Source of the DNA: Dendrobates tinctorius
Lineage: Eukaryota
Length of the DNA stretch: 64,000 nt
NCBI RefSeq assembly: GCF_039654945.1
Contig: NW_027361686.1
Coordinates: forward strand, 6,386,001-6,450,000
Reading direction: 5' to 3'
Notes under the pieces: model-generated
What the model was told of the DNA's origin: nothing
The model's database searches: none
Seen by the model: the letters and a program-made list of their open reading frames with translations, nothing else
In this document: positions 1 through 14,240 of the stretch, in pieces
Layout of the letters: every line of letters begins with the position of its first letter
Numbering within the stretch: the stretch's first letter is position 1
Program-made: the position numbers and the translations under genes

Positions 1-884
1 AAAATGGTGCTGGCAACCTGGACCACACCTATGTTATAGTTAGAGACCTCATAAGGCGCTTGTGCTTTTATGTACATTGATCTGTTTGTTCTGCTTTCGC
101 TAATAAAGATTATTGTACAGGTACAAATAGCAGAAACATAAAAGGCAATGGAAATTGCTAGAACCTTGAACCAAGAAGGTAATAACTCCAGCTTTTAGCA
201 ATGATCTTGAAGATAAGCAGTTATCTATATAAACATGTGTAACTTCATTAATAAAGAGAGCTACTTTTTTGACTGCCATTGACGGTCGAGTGTGGTCATT
301 CTCCTCATACGCATACATCCATTTGATATCAGATTTGGCAGCAAACAGTTAAGATAACTGCACACCCCTTGAGTGTGCCCCAACAGTATATAGAACTGTC
401 AGACTGTTGCGTGCTTTACTTGTATGAGAAAATGAAAAAATCTAGAGTATTAAAAGTAACATTGCCACTTCCCTCCCCCCAAAAAAAATAAAAAACACCA
501 AAATTGTTCAAACCGATAGCTACATACTTGAATAACATAAACAAAGAGTGGTTATCACAGCCAGAGGGGATTCTGGGAAAGTTGTGTCCAGATTCTGTAG
601 GAAGAAGCAGTGTCAAAGAGAGTCTCCTCTGAGACCGAACTAAGATGAGCTACCCAGGCCAGTTCTTTCAGGGAAATGACTGCTGGAAGCAAAGAGTCAG
701 CCAGGACAACCAGTAGCAATCATTGTTGCCTCAAGATAAGAACTTTAGAAAACCAACACCAGACTCATTTCACCCCCTACACCTCACTGCATGATGAAGG
801 TATAGTACTACTCAGTGTATGAAGAGAATTTGTCTGTGAAGAGACTTTTATATCTCACATATTGAATTTATGAAATCTGAACTT

Positions 885-2437
885 CATTACTGCTGCTGCT
901 GCCCGACTAATTCATCTCTCTCCTCGCTACTCCTCCGCATCTCCCCTCTGCAAATCTCTTCACTGGCCTCAGTAATTTGAACTGGATATGTTGAGTGAAT
1001 ATGCTAATACTGACCTACAAGGCCATCTATAACCTGTCTCCCCCATATGTCTCTGAACTAATCTCCCGATACCTTCCCTCACGTGATTTCCGGTCATCCC
1101 AAGACCTCCTTCTCCTCCACACTTATTCGCTCCTCACCCAACCACCTCCCAGACTTCTCCCGAATAGCCCCCATCCTCAGGAATTCTTTGCCCCAACATG
1201 TCCGACTATCAATCACATTCGGATCCTTCAGACGGAACCTGAAAACCCACTTCTTCAAGAAAGCCTACAGCCTGCAATGACCCCGCTACCTCCTCAGCAC
1301 TACCAGAGATATCACCTCAACCAACACAGGAACTGTTGTGAATTCACTTTGTGGCCTCCCTCTAGTTACTACTGAAGGTAGTGGAGCTGGTCAAATTGAC
1401 AGAGGGGTTGCGAGTTCTCTTTATGGGCTCCCTCAGGTGGTTACTGGAGGTAATGGAGCTGTTCTGATTAACAGAGGCTTGCCTGATAATGAGGACGACG
1501 ATTGAAGATCTGGGGTTTCAGATTGGGATTTAAGACAGCCGGCTCCCTCTATCCCTGCTGGTGATTTTCTTCCTGCCTCCTGAGGTCTTAGTTTCCAGCT
1601 CAGTCCCTGCATGTTCAGCTAAGTGTTCATTTGCTATTCTGTTAACATTTGATCTGGGTTTTGTCTATATCAGTTTTGTGTGGGTCAGCCAGCTCGGGCT
1701 GGGGCTGTGCTGAGTCACCATCCATATGTTACTGCTTGTGCCAATTTGTTTTTGTCCCTTATTATATTGGCCTCTTTTGCTCTGCTTTCAGAATATACCA
1801 GAGTCCTGATATAGTGGGCGAAGTCGTGCGACTTCAGTATTTTTTGCATTTTTGCATCAGTCGTGTTGGACTTTTTTGCAGGGTTTTTTGCAGACAGTGT
1901 CTTTCCTTTCCTGTCCTGTCTAGTTAGTGTGGGCTCCATCATTTGCTCAGTCTATTTTCCTGCCTGCGTTTGTGCTTTCATCTTGTCTCACCGACAATAT
2001 ATGTTTGGGGGCTATCTATTCCTTTGGGGTCTGCTCTGGGGCAGTTTGGATTTCCCCTTTCTTGCTTTAGGCTTAGTTAGCTCTCCGGCTGTGCTGAGGC
2101 ATCTAGGATCATCGTAAGCACGGTCCACGGCTACTGCTAGTTGTGCGGATAGGATCAGGGGTCTGCAATCCGCTTAGTTACCAACCTCTCTGGTTTTCTG
2201 TGGCTTAGCTTGGGCTTGCTCTCCTCCTCGGTGACCCAATCATAACAGGGAGCTACTGCAACCCATCAACCTACTTTCTCTTTCCCCACCATCCTGTAGC
2301 ATGTAAGCCCAAAAGGGCAGGGTCCTCTCCCATCTGTATCAGTCTGTCATTGTAAGTTTGTTTACTGTTAGTGATATCTGCAATTTGTATGTAACCCCTT
2401 CTTATGTACAGCACCATGGAATCAATGGTGCTATATA

Positions 2438-2470
<33 letters not shown>
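885..2470 (+). mobile_element. L2-clade LINE 3' fragment (ORF2 C-terminus, 3' UTR, (AAT)n tail), interrupted by a solo LTR
   Basis: Translates as LIHLSPRYSSASPLCKSLHW...LTYKAIYNLSPPYVSELISRY and FRRNLKTHFFKKAY*, typical of the L2 ORF2 end. The 3' UTR resumes at ~2247 and ends in gctatataaat(aat)n at ~2430-2470. Confidence 0.75.
1334..2246. mobile_element. Solo LTR (TGTTGTGAATTC...CATAACA) inserted in L2
   Basis: TG...CA termini and an imperfect flanking repeat (ggaac/ggagc). A clearly homologous copy lies at 31626-33347. Confidence 0.65.
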
Positions 2471-2690
2471 CTGTTTGCTGGAAACATTGTATAAAGGGAA
2501 ATGATTCTGAGTGATGGAAAGAAACTTGATTAATATCTTATAATCAAAATCTGCCTGGAAACTGTTTCCTCACATCCACTGTGAAAGATTCTGGTTAATG
2601 GTCTCCTAGAGTAAACTTCTTTCAAGATTCCACCAAAAAACTCATGTTCTTTTGCCCTGCTTCCATACACTGAATGGCAGAGATAGAACA

Positions 2691-3261
2691 TTGGTGGCTC
2701 GTACGGTGAATCCTGCGAGGAAATAAGACTGTAGTGAGCAGAGGCACAACTATTGAAACATATAGCACCACAGAACCTCAACTCATCAGTGCTATACCAA
2801 TTTAAGGGGACCAGTATTGAAACAAAGCACAATGGCAGAACCAGGCAACTATGGGTGTGGAAACACAGGTTAACAGTGTTGGTAAGTTGCTTCTTCAGTT
2901 AACTTATGAAGAATTAAGTGCTGTAGCAGAACATGTAAATATGTCAGAAGAACAGACATTTAAGGCATGCACCAGCAGACATCTCTTAACAGCCATTAAT
3001 GAACAGATGTATAAGTTAGAAGAGAGAGATGAGGATGTCATGGTAACATTCCTTCAGGAATTAACACAGTTTATTACTGGGTTGAAGGTGAAGGACGGAA
3101 TGACGGTGCCGATCATTACCGGCAGAAAACGTCTTCCACAAACAGCGCTACAAGAATTAAAAGAGCAATTCATAGTTTTGAGGATAGCTGTGGAGGAATC
3201 TACCAAAACTGAACTAGTGGCAGACTCTGACAGGACCTTTAGCCCACTCGAGTTAGGATAG
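2691..3261 (+). mobile_element. Gypsy-like LTR retrotransposon 5' remnant: PBS-like motif plus gag N-terminal ORF (copy 1)
   Basis: ttggtggctcgtacggtg follows ...gaaca and resembles the tRNA-Pro PBS TGGGGGCTCGTCCGGG. The helical 136-aa ORF at 2851-3261 resembles gag N-termini of vertebrate Gypsy elements. Confidence 0.5.
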
Positions 3262-3454
3262 TTCAGTGCAGTGCAGTGAATATTCATTTCTCTTTAGCAG
3301 CGGGCACTGGAGTTTGCTGCAGCAGCCAGCTCCTGCTTCCTGTGACCAGTGTAACAATTATATGGGTACAATGGGATCTGATTGCATGGGATAATATGAC
3401 ACTGAGACCAAAGTTGATGCAAATAAGTGTATTTAACAATTGTCACCAAACTAG

Positions 3455-3700
3455 CAGGGCACTTCCTGCAATAGTAATGAAAACGAAGCACAATATGGAA
3501 TGATGCAAGTATAGCAAAACTAACAGAGCATTTCCTGCAATTGCAACGAAAACACAGCATAATATGGAATGATGCAAGTAAAGCAAAACTAACAGAGCAC
3601 TTCCTGCAATTGCAACAAAAAAACACAGCATAATATGGAATGATGCAAGTAAAGCAAAACTAACAGAGCATTTCCTGCAATTGCAACGAAAACACAGCTC
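3455..3700. repeat. ~61-bp tandem repeat, ~4 units (duplicated at ~8225-8470)
   Basis: ttcctgcaattgcaacgaaaacacagcataatatggaatgatgcaagtaaagcaaaactaacagagca is repeated. Confidence 0.9.
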
Positions 3701-4169
3701 AATATAGAAATATCCAGAGTAACTGAAGAGTGAGGCGTGACCGCTAATATAACCAGTCCAACAGTAATATAATGCAGGTGTATACAAGGAACTAAACGTA
3801 GGAGTCAAGCAGAAAGTATGAGAGTAAGCACACTGCATTAAATGAGGAAGTCCAGCAATATTAAGAATGAGCACGCACACAGCACAAAAGTGTAGAAGTC
3901 CAGCAATCATAAAGGTGGGAATGCACTCGGCACTTAAATGTGGAAGTCCAGCTTTTTACAGGAATGGCAATAACAAGAGAAGGTCACTATGTGTACCTTT
4001 TGGGCTGTAAGTCCCGCACAAGTCCCGCACAGCAGCCCACAGAAGCACAGACCTAGAGGAGAAGGTGATGTCAGTATTCCTTACAGGTCACAGCAGTTCC
4101 AGGGGTGAATAACTTCAACTAGAAGTCCAGACAGTAGTTAAGCAGAGACAGGGTATTGAGGCCGCGGGA

Positions 4170-5388
4170 GTGTGTTGCAGTCACAGGTATAGCTGTGATT
4201 GCAATGCAAAATAAAAGTAAGGGTTGGTCTTGGGCAAGCTATTTGTCCAAGGCAGATTTAGGAAAACCTGCCACTGGCTTTTATTTCTTAAATGTACTAC
4301 AGGATGGTAGTGGGGCGGTCCATTTACTTCCCGGATGGGTTTTCCATGTGGCTTACTGCCACAGGTTCCTTGTGAAAACCCCAGCAGCAAAGGGTTGGGT
4401 GTGTCAGTCTTGTTTTGCAAACCTGCAGAGCAGAGAGTTCTGCCATAGCTTCAGCCTGTGTGAAGCAACACAGAGCCAAGCAAAGCCATAACGCGTGGCA
4501 CCCCTCATCGTACATGGCGGTGCAGTCGCCCATGGTAACCGGTCCCAGTTATGGACTTCCATGTTTCCTGGCTGTGATCTGGAGGATCCTATTTTACTTT
4601 CTGTTTGTGTGTACTCTGACTATTAAAAGAGACTTTGTTTTGAACTTTCCTGGATCACTGTCTGTCTGTCACACTGCACCAACCAAGCTTCACTACAATT
4701 GTTTGTAGAATGATGGTAATGTGAACTGAGGCATACCACAATGTGCTGCATGTCAGTAATCAAGCCTGCAACACTACAGCTCAAGCCTGCTGAAAAGATG
4801 GAGGAAATACTGTAGGCCCTTATGCAGCAGCTGCAGTTTCATCTGCAGCAGCAAGAGCAGCAGCTGCAGTTTCAGCGGCAACAAGGGCAATGACAGCAAG
4901 AGCAGCAACAAAGGCAGCAGGATCAGCTCCATTTGCAGTAGCACAATCACCAGCAGCAGCACAAAACAAATGAGCTGATCCTGCAACAAATTGCAGCTTT
5001 GCAAGAGACATCCACACCAGCGACCGCATTCCATTCAGAGGCCCGATACAAAGTTCAGTCAGCACTGAGGAAGATGAGTCCTGAGGATGACATGGAGGCT
5101 TTCCTCACTATCTTCGAGTGCACTGCAGAGCTGGAGAATATGCCGATGACCCTGTAGGCTGAAGTGGTGGCCCCCTTCCTGATGGGAGATGTCCAGAAGG
5201 CCTACCTGGACCTCAGTCAGGATGATGAACTGGATTATGAAAAGCCGAGAGGTGAGATCCTTGCCTGACTGTCGGATAACATATATGTAAGTGCACAACG
5301 GGTATTCCTTTTTTTCTTTTGTGGAGTCACGTCCTGCCACGTCTCAGGCATATGACTTGCTGCAGCTGGTAAAAAATGGCTCCAGCCA
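4170..5388 (+). mobile_element. Gmr1-like (SCAN-associated) Gypsy remnant: LTR plus degenerate Q-rich gag (copy 1)
   Basis: A polyQ stretch is followed by LRKMSPEDDMEAFLTIFE...W/*AEVVAPFLMGDVQKAYLDL...DYE, the motif that precedes SCAN in Gmr1-like gag. Several stop codons are present. Confidence 0.6.
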
Positions 5389-5659
5389 GCAGGGGGGAAC
5401 CTAGCCTCTCTGCCGCCTGAGGCGAACTGCACAACGGCGCCCCCTGTAGTAAATTTTTAAAATCGGTAGAAATTAATCTGGTTCATACAGATTTATGTCT
5501 ATCCTGTAAAAATGTGTACAATAGTGGACATTTTAATTTAGAGAAATAGAGAAAAGATGTCTGAACACAAGGGTGTCATTGCCATCACTACACATGCAAG
5601 AACCACACAGAAGAATCCAGAAGAGGGATCATTAATGGCAATGGCAGGCCTGGCACAGC

Positions 5660-6920
5660 ATACAGTACACCACATATCCCTACATACAGTATAATGGGTA
5701 CCACATAGTCCTCCATACAGAATTATGGGCACTGCATAGTCCTCCATACAGAATTATGGCCACCGCATAGTCCTCCATACAGAATTATGGGCACCACGTA
5801 TCTCTCCATACAAAATTATGGGCACCACATATTCCTCCATACAGAATTATGTGACACCACATAGTCCTCCATACAGAATTATGGGGCACCACGTAGTCCT
5901 CCATACAGAAATATGCACACCGCATAGTCCTACATACAGTATTATGGACACTGCATAGTCCTCCATACAGAATTATGGGCACCACATAGTCCTCCATACA
6001 GTACTGTATTATGGGCACTGCATAGTCCTCCATACAGTATTATGGGCACAACATAGTCCTCCATGCAGTATTATGGGCACCGCATAGTCCTCCATACTGC
6101 ATTATTGGCACAATGTAGTCCTCCATACAGTATTATTGGCACCATGTAGTCCTCCATATAGTATTATTAGCACCACACAGTCCTCCATTCAGTATTATGG
6201 GCATCGCATAGTCCTCCATACAGAATTATGGGCACCGCATATCCCTCTATGCAGAATTATGGGCACCGCATATCCCTCTATGCAGAATTATGGGCACCAT
6301 GTAGTCCTCCATGCAGAATTATGGGCACCATATATCCCTCCATTCAGAATTATGGGCACCACCTATGCCTCCATGCAGAATTATGGGCACCACGTAGCCC
6401 TCTATACAGTATTATGAGCACCACATAATCCTCCATACAGTATTATGGGCACCACATAGTCCTCCATAATGCATTATTGGCACCACGTAGCCCTCCATAC
6501 AGTATTATTGGCACCGCGTAGTCCTCCATATAGTATTATTAGCACCACATAGTGCTCCATACAGTATTATGGGCACTACATAGTCCTCCATACAGTTTTA
6601 TGGGCACCACACAGTGCTCCATACAGTATTATGGGCACCACATAGTCATCCATGCAGTATTATGGGCACCACATAGTCTTCCATACAGTATAATGGGCAC
6701 CACATAGTCCTCCATACAGTGTCATGGGCACCATAACCATCCATACAGTGTTATGGGCACCACATATTCCTCCATACAGTATAATGGGCCCATATAATGC
6801 TCCATACAGTATAATGGGCCCCATATATTGCTCCATACAGCATAATGGCCCCATATCTTACTCAATACACTATCATGGGCCCCAAATATTACCTCATACA
6901 GTATAATGGCCCTATATAAT
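5660..6920. repeat. ~30-bp minisatellite (ccatacagtattatgggcaccacatagtcct), copy 1
   Basis: About 40 diverged tandem units, probably internal to a non-autonomous DNA element that starts ~5389. Confidence 0.95.
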
Positions 6921-7188
6921 GCGCTTAGTTACCAACCTCTTTGGTTTTCTGTGGCTTAGCTTGGGCTTGCTCTCCTCCTCGGTGACCCAATCATAACAGG
7001 GAGCTACTGCAACCCATCAACCTACTTTCTCTTTCCCCACCATCCTGTAGCATGTAAGCCCAAAAGGGCAGGGTCCTCTCCCATCTGTATCAGTCTGTCA
7101 TTGTAAGTTTGTTTACTGTTAGTGATATCGGCAATTTGTATGTAACCCCTTCTTATGTACAGCACCATGGAATCAATGGTGCTATATA

Positions 7189-7239
<51 letters not shown>

Positions 7240-7459
7240 CTGTTTGCTGGAAACATTGTATAAAGGGAAATGATTCTGAGTGATGGAAAGAAACTTGATT
7301 AACATCTTATAATCAACCTCTGCCTGGAAACTGTTTCCTCACATCCACTGTGAAAGATTCTGGTTAATGGTCGCCTTGAGTAAACTTCTTTCAAGATTCC
7401 ACCAAAAAACTCATGTTCTTTTGCCCTGCTTCCATACACTGAATGGCAGAGATAGAACA

Positions 7460-8030
7460 TTGGTGGCTCGTACGGTGAATCCTGCGAGGAAATAAGACTG
7501 TAGTGAGCAGAGGCACAACTATTGAAACATATAGCACCACAGAACCTCAACTCATCAGTGCTATACCAATTTAAGGGGACCAGTATTGAAACAAAGCACA
7601 ATGGCAGAACCAGGCAACTATGGGTGTGGAAACACAGGTTAACAGTGTTGGTAAGTTGCTTCTTCAGTTAACTTATGAAGAATTAAGTGCTGTAGCAGAA
7701 CATGTAAATATGTCAGAAGAACAGACATTTAAGGCATGCACCAGCAGACATCTCTTAACAGCCATTAATGAACAGATGTATAAGTTAGAAGAGAGAGATG
7801 AGGATGTCATGGTAACATTCCTTCAGGAATTAACACAGTTTATTACTGGGTTGAAGGTGAAGGACGGAATGACGGTGCCGATCATTACCGGCAGAAAACG
7901 TCTTCCACAAACAGAGCTACAAGAATTAAAAGAGCAATTCATAGTTTTGAGGATAGCTGTGGAGGAATCTACCAAAACTGAACTAGTGGCAGACTCTGAC
8001 AGGACCTTTAGCCCACTCGAGTTAGGATAG
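7460..8030 (+). mobile_element. Gypsy-like PBS plus gag remnant (duplicate copy 2)
   Basis: Near-identical to 2691-3261; the ORF differs by one amino acid (A>E). Confidence 0.5.
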
Positions 8031-8938
8031 TTCAGTGCAGTGCAGTGAATATTCATTTCTCTTTAGCAGCGGGCACTGGAGTTTGCTGCAGCAGCCAGCT
8101 CCTGCTTCCTGTGACCAGTGTAACAATTATATGGGTACAATGGGATCTGATTGCATGGGATAATATGACACTGAGACCAAAGTTGATGCAAATAAGTATA
8201 TTTAACAATTGTCACCAAACTAGCAGGGCACTTCCTGCAATAGTAATGAAAACGAAGCACAATATGGAATGATGCAAGTAAAGCAAAACTAACAGAGCAT
8301 TTCCTGCAATTGCAACGAAAACACAGCATAATATGGAATGATGCAAGTAAAGCAAAACTAACAGAGCACTTCCTGCAATTGCAACAAAAAAACACAGCAT
8401 AATATGGAATGATGCAAGTAAAGCAAAACTAACAGAGCATTTCCTGCAATTGCAACGAAAACACAGCTCAATATAGAAATATCCAGAGTAACTGAAGAGT
8501 GAGGCATGACCGCTAATATAACCAGTCCAACAGTAATATAATGCAGGTGTATACAAGGAACTAAACGTAGGAGTCAAGCAGAAAGTATGAGAGTAAGCAC
8601 ACTGCATTAAATGAGGAAGTCCAGCAATATTAAGAATGAGCACGCACACAGCACAAAAGTGTAGAAGTCCAGCAATCATAAAGGTGGGAATGCACTCGGC
8701 ACTTAAATGTGGAAGTCCAGCTTTTTACAGGAATGGCATTAACAAGAGAAGGTCACTATGTGTACCTTTTGGGCTGTAAGTCCCGCACAAGTCCCGCACA
8801 GCAGCCCACAGAAGCACAGACCTAGAGGAGAAGGTGATGTCAGTATCCCTTACAGGTCACAGCAGTTCCAGGGGTGAATAACTTCAACTAGAAGTCCAGA
8901 CAGTAGTTAAGCAGAGACAGGGTATTGAGGCCGCGGGA

Positions 8939-10157
8939 GTGTGTTGCAGTCACAGGTATAGCTGTGATTGCAATGCAAAATAAAAGTAAGGGTTGGTCTT
9001 GGGCAAGCTATTTGTCCAAGGCAGATTTAGGAAAACCTGCCACTGGCTTTTATTTCTTAAATGTACTACAGGATGGTAGTGGGGCGGTCCATTTACTTCC
9101 CGGATGGGTTTTCCATGTGGCCTACTGCCACAGGTTCCTTGTGAAAACCCCAGCAGCAAAGGGTTGGGTGTGTCAGTCTTGTTTTGCAAACCTGCAGAGC
9201 AGAGAGTTCTGCCATAGCTTCAGCCTGTGTGAAGCAACACAGAGCCAAGCAAAGCCAAAACGCGTGGCACCCCTCATCGTACACGGCGGTGCAGTCGCCC
9301 ATGGTAACCGGTCCCAGTTACGGACTTCCATGTTTCCTGGCTGTGATCTGGAGGATCCTATTTTACTTTCTGTTTGTGTGTACTCTGACTATTAAAAGAG
9401 ACTTTGTTTTGAACTTTCCTGGATCACTGTCTGTCTGTCACACTGCACCAACCCAGCTTCACTACAATTGTTTGTAGAATGATGGTAATGTGAACTGAGG
9501 CATACCACAATGTGCTGCATGTCAGTAATCAAGCCTGCAACACTACAGCTCAAGCCTGCTGAAAAGATGGAGGAAATACTGTAGGCCCTTATGCAGCAGC
9601 TGCAGTTTCATCTGCAGCAGCAAGAGCAGCAGCTGCAGTTTCAGCGGCAACAAGGGCAATGACAGCAAGAGCAGCAACAAAGGCAGCAGGATCAGCTCCA
9701 TTTGCAGTAGCACAATCACCAGCAGCAGCACAAAACAAATGAGCTGATCCTGCAACAAATTGCAGCTTTGCAAGAGACATCCACACCAGCGACCGCATTC
9801 CATTCAGAGGCCCGATACAAAGTTCAGTCAGCACTGAGGAAGATGAGTCCTGAGGATGACATGGAGGCTTTCCTCACTATCTTCGAGTGCACTGCAGAGC
9901 TGGAGAATATGCCGATGACCCTGTGGGCTGAAGTGGTGGCCCCCTTCCTGATGGGAGATGTCCAGAAGGCCTACCTGGACCTCAGTCAGGATGATGAACT
10001 GGATTATGAAAAGCCGAGAGGTGAGATCCTTGCCTGACTGTCGGATAACATATATGTAAGTGCACAACGGGTATTTCTTTTTTTCTTTTGTGGAATCACG
10101 TCCTGCCACGTCTCAGGCATATGACTTGCTGCAGCTGGTAAAAAATGGCTCCAGCCA
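8939..10157 (+). mobile_element. Gmr1-like Gypsy remnant (duplicate copy 2)
   Basis: ORF 9768-10037 reads KMSPEDDMEAFLTIFE...; this copy has TGG where copy 1 has TAG. Confidence 0.6.
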
Positions 10158-10429
10158 GCAGGGGGGAACCTAGCCTCTCTGCCGCCTGAGGCGAACTGCA
10201 CAACGGCGCCCCCTGTAGTAAATTTTTAAAATCGGTAGAAATTAATCTGGTTCATACAGATTTATGTCTATCCTGTAAAAATGTGTACAATAGTGGACAT
10301 TTTAATTTAGAGAAATAGAGAAAAGATGTCTGAACACTAGGGTGTCATTGCCATCACTACACATGCAAGAACCACACAGAAGAATCCAGAAGAGGGATCA
10401 TTAATGGCAATGGCAGGCCTGGCACAGCA

Positions 10430-11670
10430 TACAGTACACCACATATCCCTACATACAGTATAATGGGTACCACATAGTCCTCCATACAGAATTATGGGCA
10501 CTGCATAGTCCTCCATACAGAATTATGGCCACCGCATAGTCCTCCATACAGAATTATGGGCACCACGTATCTCTCCATACAAAATTATGGGCACCACATA
10601 TTCCTCCATACAGAATTATGGGACACCACATAGTCCTCCATACAGAATTATGGGGCACCATGTAGTCCTCCATACAGAAATATGCACACCGCATAGTCCT
10701 ACATACAGTATTATGGACACTGCATAGTCCTCCATACAGAATTATGGGCACCACATAGTCCTCCATACAGTACTGTATTATGGGCACTGCATAGTCCTCC
10801 ATACAGTATTATGGGCACAACATAGTCCTCCATACAGTATTATGGGCACCGCATAGTCCTCCATACTGCATTATTGGCACAATGTAGTCCTCCATACAGT
10901 ATTATTGGCACCATGTAGTCCTCCATATAGTATTATTAGCACCACACAGTCCTCCATTCAGTATTATGGGCATCGCATAGTCCTCCATACAGAATTATGG
11001 GCACCGCATATCCCTCTATGCAGAATTATGGGCACCATGTAGTCCTCCATGCAGAATTATGGGCACCATATATCCCTCCATTCAGAATTATGGGCACCAC
11101 CTATGCCTCCATGCAGAATTATGGGCACCACGTAGTCCTCTATACAGTATTATGAGCACCACATAATCCTCCATACAGTATTATGGGCACCACATAGTCC
11201 TCCATAATGCATTATTGGCACCACGTAGTCCTCCATACAGTATTATTGGCACCGCGTAGTCCTCCATATAGTATTATTAGCACCACATAGTGCTCCATAC
11301 AGTATTATGGGCACTACATAGTCCTCCATACAGTATTATGGGCACCACACAGTGCTCCATACAGTATTATGGGCACCACATAGTCATCCATGCAGTATTA
11401 TGGGCACCACATAGTCTTCCATACAGTATAATGGGCACCACATAGTCCTCCATACAGTGTCATGGGCACCATATAACCATCCATACAGTGTTATGGGCAC
11501 CACATATTCCTCCATACAGTATAATGGGCCCATATAATGCTCCATACAGTATAATGGGCCCCATATATTGCTCCATACAGCATAATGGCCCCATATCTTA
11601 CTCAATACACTATCATGGGCCCCAAATATTACCTCATACAGTATAATGGCCCTATATAATACTCCATACA
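10430..11670. repeat. ~30-bp minisatellite, copy 2
   Basis: Same unit as 5660-6920, with about one unit fewer. Confidence 0.95.
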
Positions 11671-12645
11671 CAAAAAAATCATCAAATACTCACTTCTCCC
11701 TGTACCCCACTGCTCTGGTCTCCTCAGCATACTCTGTGCCAAGCAGAGCAAAGGGTCAAAGGATACGCTGTAGTGATGTAATTGTGCCCTCTGAGCTAAG
11801 ACATCACAGAGCTCAGACACAGAGGGGGAATGATGGGAGAGGGAGCATCTGCGGATGGCTCCCTCACTCATCATTATTTTCAACTGTGTCGGTGCTGGCA
11901 CTGGGGCCCCATGACTTACGAGCCCCATATCATGCCATGTCCCCGACGGCAGGTGGTGATGTCAGCCTTGATACGTGTCATAACTGAGCACCACCAAATA
12001 TTAACCAGTGGGTGAAATGCTTTTAGGACACACACCCACAATTCAAAGGGATTTATAAAAATAATCAGCACACCGATTAAATAAGAGAAAAGTGGAGGAC
12101 TCTTTATTAGCTCATGTGGTAATATTTCAATTCCATAGCAGAGAAATATTCTGTTATGGATGTGAAGCGTTGCCACATGGGCTAATAAAGAGTACGTCAC
12201 TTTCCACAATTAGTTGGAGTGCTTCTTATTTTCATACATATAGACACACTTAGAGTAGATACTTATATTTACACCATGTATACAGGACAAGAGGCGTGTA
12301 CACAACATACACAGCTCCACACTATATACTGTGGTAAGGAATGTAGAGTGGAGCTGTGTATATACTATATAGTGTAGAGATCTGCCAGTGTATATAGTGT
12401 GGATTCTATACTATATACACAGAAATATACTATATGAACAGCTCTATATATACTATATATATGTATACTATACTATATACACACACAACTCTACATTATA
12501 ATTAAGACATTATTATACTATATTATGATGCATACATCACATAGGAGACACACATATATATCATATAGGAGACACCGCAACTGCTGAATATATATCACAT
12601 TGAGACAACTGTATATACATTATTTAGGTGATACTGCTGTATATA

Positions 12646-14240
12646 CAGTGGGGAAAAAAAGTATTTAGTCAGTCAGCAATAGTGCAAGTTCCACCACTTA
12701 AAAAGATGAGAGGCGTCTGTAATTTACATCATAGGTAGACCTCAACTATGGGAGACAAACTGAGAAAAAAAAATCCAGAAAATTACATTGTCTGTTTTTT
12801 TTTCATTTTATTTGCATATTATGGTGGAAAATAAGTATTTGGTCAGAAACAAGCAATCAAGATTTCTGGCTCTCACAGACCTGTAACTTCTTCTTTAAGA
12901 GTCTCCTCTTTCTTCCACTCATTACCTGTAGTAATGGCACCTGTTTAAACTTATCAGTATAAAAAGACACCTGTGCACACCCTCAAACAGTCTGACTCCA
13001 AACTCCACTATGGTGAAGACCAAAGAGCTGTCAAAAGACACCAGAAACAAAATTGTAGCCCTGCACCAGGCTGGGAAGACTGAATCTGCAATAGCCAACC
13101 AGCTTGGAGTGAAGAAATCAACTGTGGGAGCAATAATTAGAAAATGGAAGACATACAAGACCACTGATAATCTCCCTCGATCTGGTGCTCCACGCAAAAT
13201 CCCACCCCGTGGGGTCAGAATGATCACAAGAACGGTGAGCAAAAATCCCAGAACCACGCGGGGGACCTAGTGAATGAACTGCAGAGAGCTGGGACCAATG
13301 TAACAAGGCCTACCATAAGTAACACACTACGCCACCATGGACTCAGATCCTGCAGTGCCAGACGTGTCCCACTGCTTAAGCCTGTACATGTCCGGGCCCG
13401 TCTGAAGTTTGCTAGAGAGCATTTGGATGATCCAGAGGAGTTTTGGGAGAATGTCCTATGGTCTGATGAAACCAAACTGGAACTGTTTGGTAGAAACACA
13501 ACTTGTCGTGTTTGGAGGAAAAAGAATAGTGAGTTGCATCCATCAAACACCATACCTACTGTAAAGCATGGTGGTGGAAACATCATGCTTTGGGGCTGTT
13601 TCTCTGCAAATGGGCCAGGACGACTGATCCGGGTACATGAAAGAATGAATGGGGCCATGTATCGTGAGATTTTGAGTGCAAACCTCCTTCCATCAGCAAG
13701 GGCATTGAAGATGAAACGTGGCTGGGTCTTTCAACATGACAATGATCCAAAGCACACCGCCAGGGCAACGAAGGAGTGGCTTCGTAAGAAGCATTTCAAG
13801 GTCCTGGAGTGGCCTAGCCAGTCTCCAGATCTCAACCCTATAGAAAACCTTTGGAGGGAGTTGAAAGTCCGTGTTGCCAAGCGAAAAGCCAAAAACATCA
13901 CTGCTCTAGAGGAGATCTGCATGGAGGAATGGGCCAACATACCAACAACAGTGTGTGGCAACCTTGTGAAGACTTACAGAAAACGTTTGACCTCTGTCAT
14001 TGCCAACAAAGGATATATCACAAAGTATTGAGATGAAATTTTGTTTCTGACCAAATACTTATTTTCCACCATAATATGCAAATAAAATGAACAGACAATG
14101 TGATTTTCTGGATTTTTTTTTCTCAGTTTGTCTCCCATAGTTGAGGTCTACCTATGATGTAAATTACAGACGCCTCTCATCTTTTTAAGTGGTGGAACTT
14201 GCACTATTGCTGACTGACAAAATACTTTTTTTCCCCACTG
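12646..14240 (+). mobile_element. Full-length Tc1/mariner element; transposase 13010-14031 with one frameshift
   Basis: TA|CAGTGGGGAAAAAAAGTATT...AATACTTTTTTTCCCCACTG|TA, ~200-bp TIRs, and motifs [22 protein letters not shown] (DD34E). One base is missing in the G-run at ~13260 relative to the copy at 57333-58938. Confidence 0.97.

Larger units (their letters stand above)
2171..11660. repeat. Tandem segmental duplication, two ~4.75-kb copies (2171-6921 and ~6922-11660)
   Basis: ORFs recur at an offset of 4769 (e.g. 2851/7620, 4156/8925). The junction at ~6921 joins the minisatellite end directly to cgcttagttaccaacc. The copies differ by scattered SNPs and by repeat-unit number. Confidence 0.95.

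Noticed and set aside
100-900. Short ORFs 100-318 and 416-616 as host exons
   Set aside because: No recognisable protein motif or convincing splice-site pair; left unassigned.
4774-5065. PolyQ/polyA/polyL ORFs as a host gene
   Set aside because: This is the CAG-rich part of a decayed Gmr1-like gag; the listed ORFs are its antisense frames.
5660-6920. CRISPR-like appearance of the ~30-bp repeats (also 10430-11670 and 34581-35280)
   Set aside because: The units are contiguous with no unique spacers and there are no cas genes. This is a eukaryotic minisatellite, and the ORFs over it are repeat artefacts.
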